Of a stretch of DNA of 64,000 nucleotides, positions 61,091 through 64,000 are shown one piece after another. Position 1 is the stretch's first letter; every line of letters begins with the position of its first letter. This DNA is from Trichoplax sp. H2 (Eukaryota), in the NCBI GenBank assembly GCA_003344405.1, contig NOWV01000152.1, forward strand, positions 1-64,000, written 5' to 3'. The position numbers and the translations under genes are program-made. The notes beneath the pieces are model-generated. The model was given only the letters and a program-made list of their open reading frames with translations, was not told the DNA's origin and made no database searches.

Positions 61091-64000
61091 TCATTCGTTA
61101 GAATAAGTTCTACATAAGATACTCATTATCAATTTGCTACTGTTTTTATTATTGAGCGCAATAGCGACTAAAATGACTCAAGTTATTGACTAGACGTCGT
61201 ATTTGAAATAATATTTTTGTTATTTGTTAAACATCCAGTATCAATGACAGAGACAACCAAAGAGTAGCTCTGATCCAATTTACAAATTCAGTTAACTTTG
61301 TCATGAAATTATAAACTATGACTAGGCTAGACAATGATCACCATTATTACCGAAGCATGCCCTACCATAATGTAATTTATAAATCCAATTGACATTTTCC
61401 AAATCATAAACACCCGGATGATTAGTGCAATGATATATCCTTTCGAAAAGATAACATGCAATCATGATTACATCTTTGCTTTACTTTGGCTTATTGTATA
61501 ACTGGAGATGCTGAAACCTACAACTAAGATATAGGGGTTCCAATACCTGTGATATTATATTAATTGATGTGTTTTCCATGTGCAATCTGAATAGGTATTC
61601 ATGAAAATAATTACATTTTCCACTGGCGATGTATCTTTCCTGTATTTTCATAATTACTCTCTCACCCTACAATAACATATCGAATAGAAGATACCGACTA
61701 CACGGACATTTCATGATAGTCATGATCCGTAACATATTATCTCGGAGGACGTAAAATATTACGACCATCCATTGCGATCTTAATAACTTAATTTAGCCTT
61801 ACCACGACTATTATTCCAAAGCTAAATAAAACAATTTGCTAAGAATATTTTTTATTACCGGTACTTTTAATTTTACAAGTCAACATGTCATTTTATGAAT
61901 CATAAACAGCTGCTCATTATACTGTATATGAGATAGTATGTAAGGCAATAATTCTCTTTCTCCTAGGCCACTGCTAAGAGGCAATCGCGAAATTATTAAA
62001 TGGGTTAAAAGCTACTGACAGTGAAGTTGTATCAAATTGATCTTTTTCTTAATTTGAAAATCGGAAATGATATGATTTGTTAATACGATTGTACATTAAA
62101 AAAGTAGCTAGCAAATCTATTCATGTTCCTATTCAAAATCGTGCTATCCACTGGTAAAGATAAAATTGAACTCAATTTATGATCATAAAATGATGACTTT
62201 ATCACTATCACAACATAAAATGTTTAGTTTGATCCTTCTCCAACTAAGCCTATCTCATTGCAAGATATTTCAATTACATTATCTATAAACTATAGCAAGA
62301 TCATCATGGACACAATTCATCTTAGCTTAAAAATTATCACAATACGATTCTCTTTTAGGTTCAAATTGAAAGCAAACATTTAGTCAATAATCCTAATCGA
62401 TTGAAAGTTCAAATGTCGATGACATCCTTATTTTTATTTTATCATGCTAAGGGAACATTAAAACTCTTAATATTTCTTTCAATAATATGACATTGCTATA
62501 TTCATTTTCAATAGTAATGAATTACATGTTCTTAGCTTTGATACGAGATTTGTGTACATACACTATGGATACAACATAAACAATTAGATTTCCTAAAATG
62601 CGATACATAAAATTCTCACTTCTTCTATAGTAGTTTGAATAGAAATAGGGTACAATAAAGAAAAGGAATAAAAAATCTTACCAGCTATCAATGACAGATT
62701 ATATTCACTGATTACGTCCAAACTACGTGTAATTGATGCTATTTTTAAAAATACAAACACAATCACGATCACATCATTGCCATCTCTATTTTATTAATTG
62801 TGCATAGTAAGAATTGAACAACATAATTGATTGCTTGAACTATTTTTAGTTATAAATGTAGAGGTAATTAAATTAAATTATTCATTTTAACATTTGTTCC
62901 ATATGGTGTTATGCCAATTGTTTGTCATACTATTACTAAACATGATTAGTATAGGATATACGCCAGATCTTCTACCTACATGGAAGGTACTAAGGCATCA
63001 TTGCGTGATAGAAGAGAGTTTATGAAACGACTAGTGCCAATAAGATAGACATGTCAATGCTTTCAGATATTCAACGATCTCGTAAATTGCGGTAGATCAT
63101 CATTGTAGGAGATGGTATACTTATCTAAAATAAGGGCTATGTTTAGATGATTTTAAGTTGCATTGAACAGCTATTATTTCAGCCTTTTATTACACCATAC
63201 AAGTTAATGGTTATATATTTACTAGAAGGATCTAATATTTTCTCTTTCATTCCGTAGCATAATCCAGCTGTCGATACGATGAGTGATCAAAATTAAACTA
63301 GATTAAGTTGAAATACATATTCGACTACTCAGATATCAAAAATGACGAATACAGGCTATTTTATAACAAACTAACGTTAATTCAGTGACTATCATTTGAC
63401 TGCCATAAAATACAGATGGTATACGAGCACCAGTAAAAGAAAAATAGTCATTTTAGATATCACATTATGAGTACATATTCACTACGAAAATAGCTCTGTA
63501 TTATATTGTTATTCATCTTCCTTGTTGCCATTTATTTTCATGGCAAATTAAAAATTAGAAAATGGATTATCCGAATATCTTCTTTAGTAATCCTATCGAT
63601 GTTAAAAATTGAGCATAGTGTTTCTCTCACAATGATTGTCTAGCTAACCTAAGCGATAACTGAATTATTATAGTAGTAGAGTTAATAGCAATCAACTTAT
63701 TACGTATATCCGTCCTGTTCCGAATAATCATCATTTCATTATTTACCGGCCCATAGATTTAGCTAAATTAAATAATAATTATAATACGGGCAACTACAGA
63801 ATTGTAGATGTTAAGATTGATGCTAATCTAGCTTACTAGTAAAGTAAACGCTGTTTCAAGTTAGTCTTTAAAGATAATGACATGATATAACCTTCTTCAC
63901 TGCTATTGATAAGTACGCTTTAGTTTCTGATAATTTATAGCTAGCCAATCACAATCTTAGAATCAAGAATGTAGCAACGAATAAATAGCAGTGGAAGCTA

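Noticed and set aside
61100-64000. Possible gene in the terminal 3 kb
   Set aside because: No convincing ORF, exon chain or RNA motif could be read.

Overview
AT-rich eukaryotic genomic DNA with compact genes and many short GT-AG introns. Gene style and content fit a basal animal such as a placozoan (Trichoplax-like), which is an inference. Hand-splicing supports ten protein-coding genes: a NIT-domain transmembrane guanylate cyclase (+), PAF1 (-), an unassigned coiled-coil protein carrying SILK/RVxF PP1-docking motifs and a C-terminal CaaX box (+), an intronless LRR protein (-), an FKBP-like/TPR protein (+), a Tectonic-2-like gene with an extra N-terminal C-type lectin domain and three beta-sandwich repeats (-), SMPD4 (+, with a U12-type intron), SART3 (-), an intronless GT31 galactosyltransferase (+) and PARG (-). 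Non-genic structure includes (CAGTA/TACTG)-rich islands upstream of genes, a dispersed repeat shared by two islands, a Helitron-like 3' end, tandem duplications, RFX X-box-like motifs and a decayed NACHT-NTPase pseudogene. Exon boundaries were read by eye and may be off by a few bases. No database searches were run.
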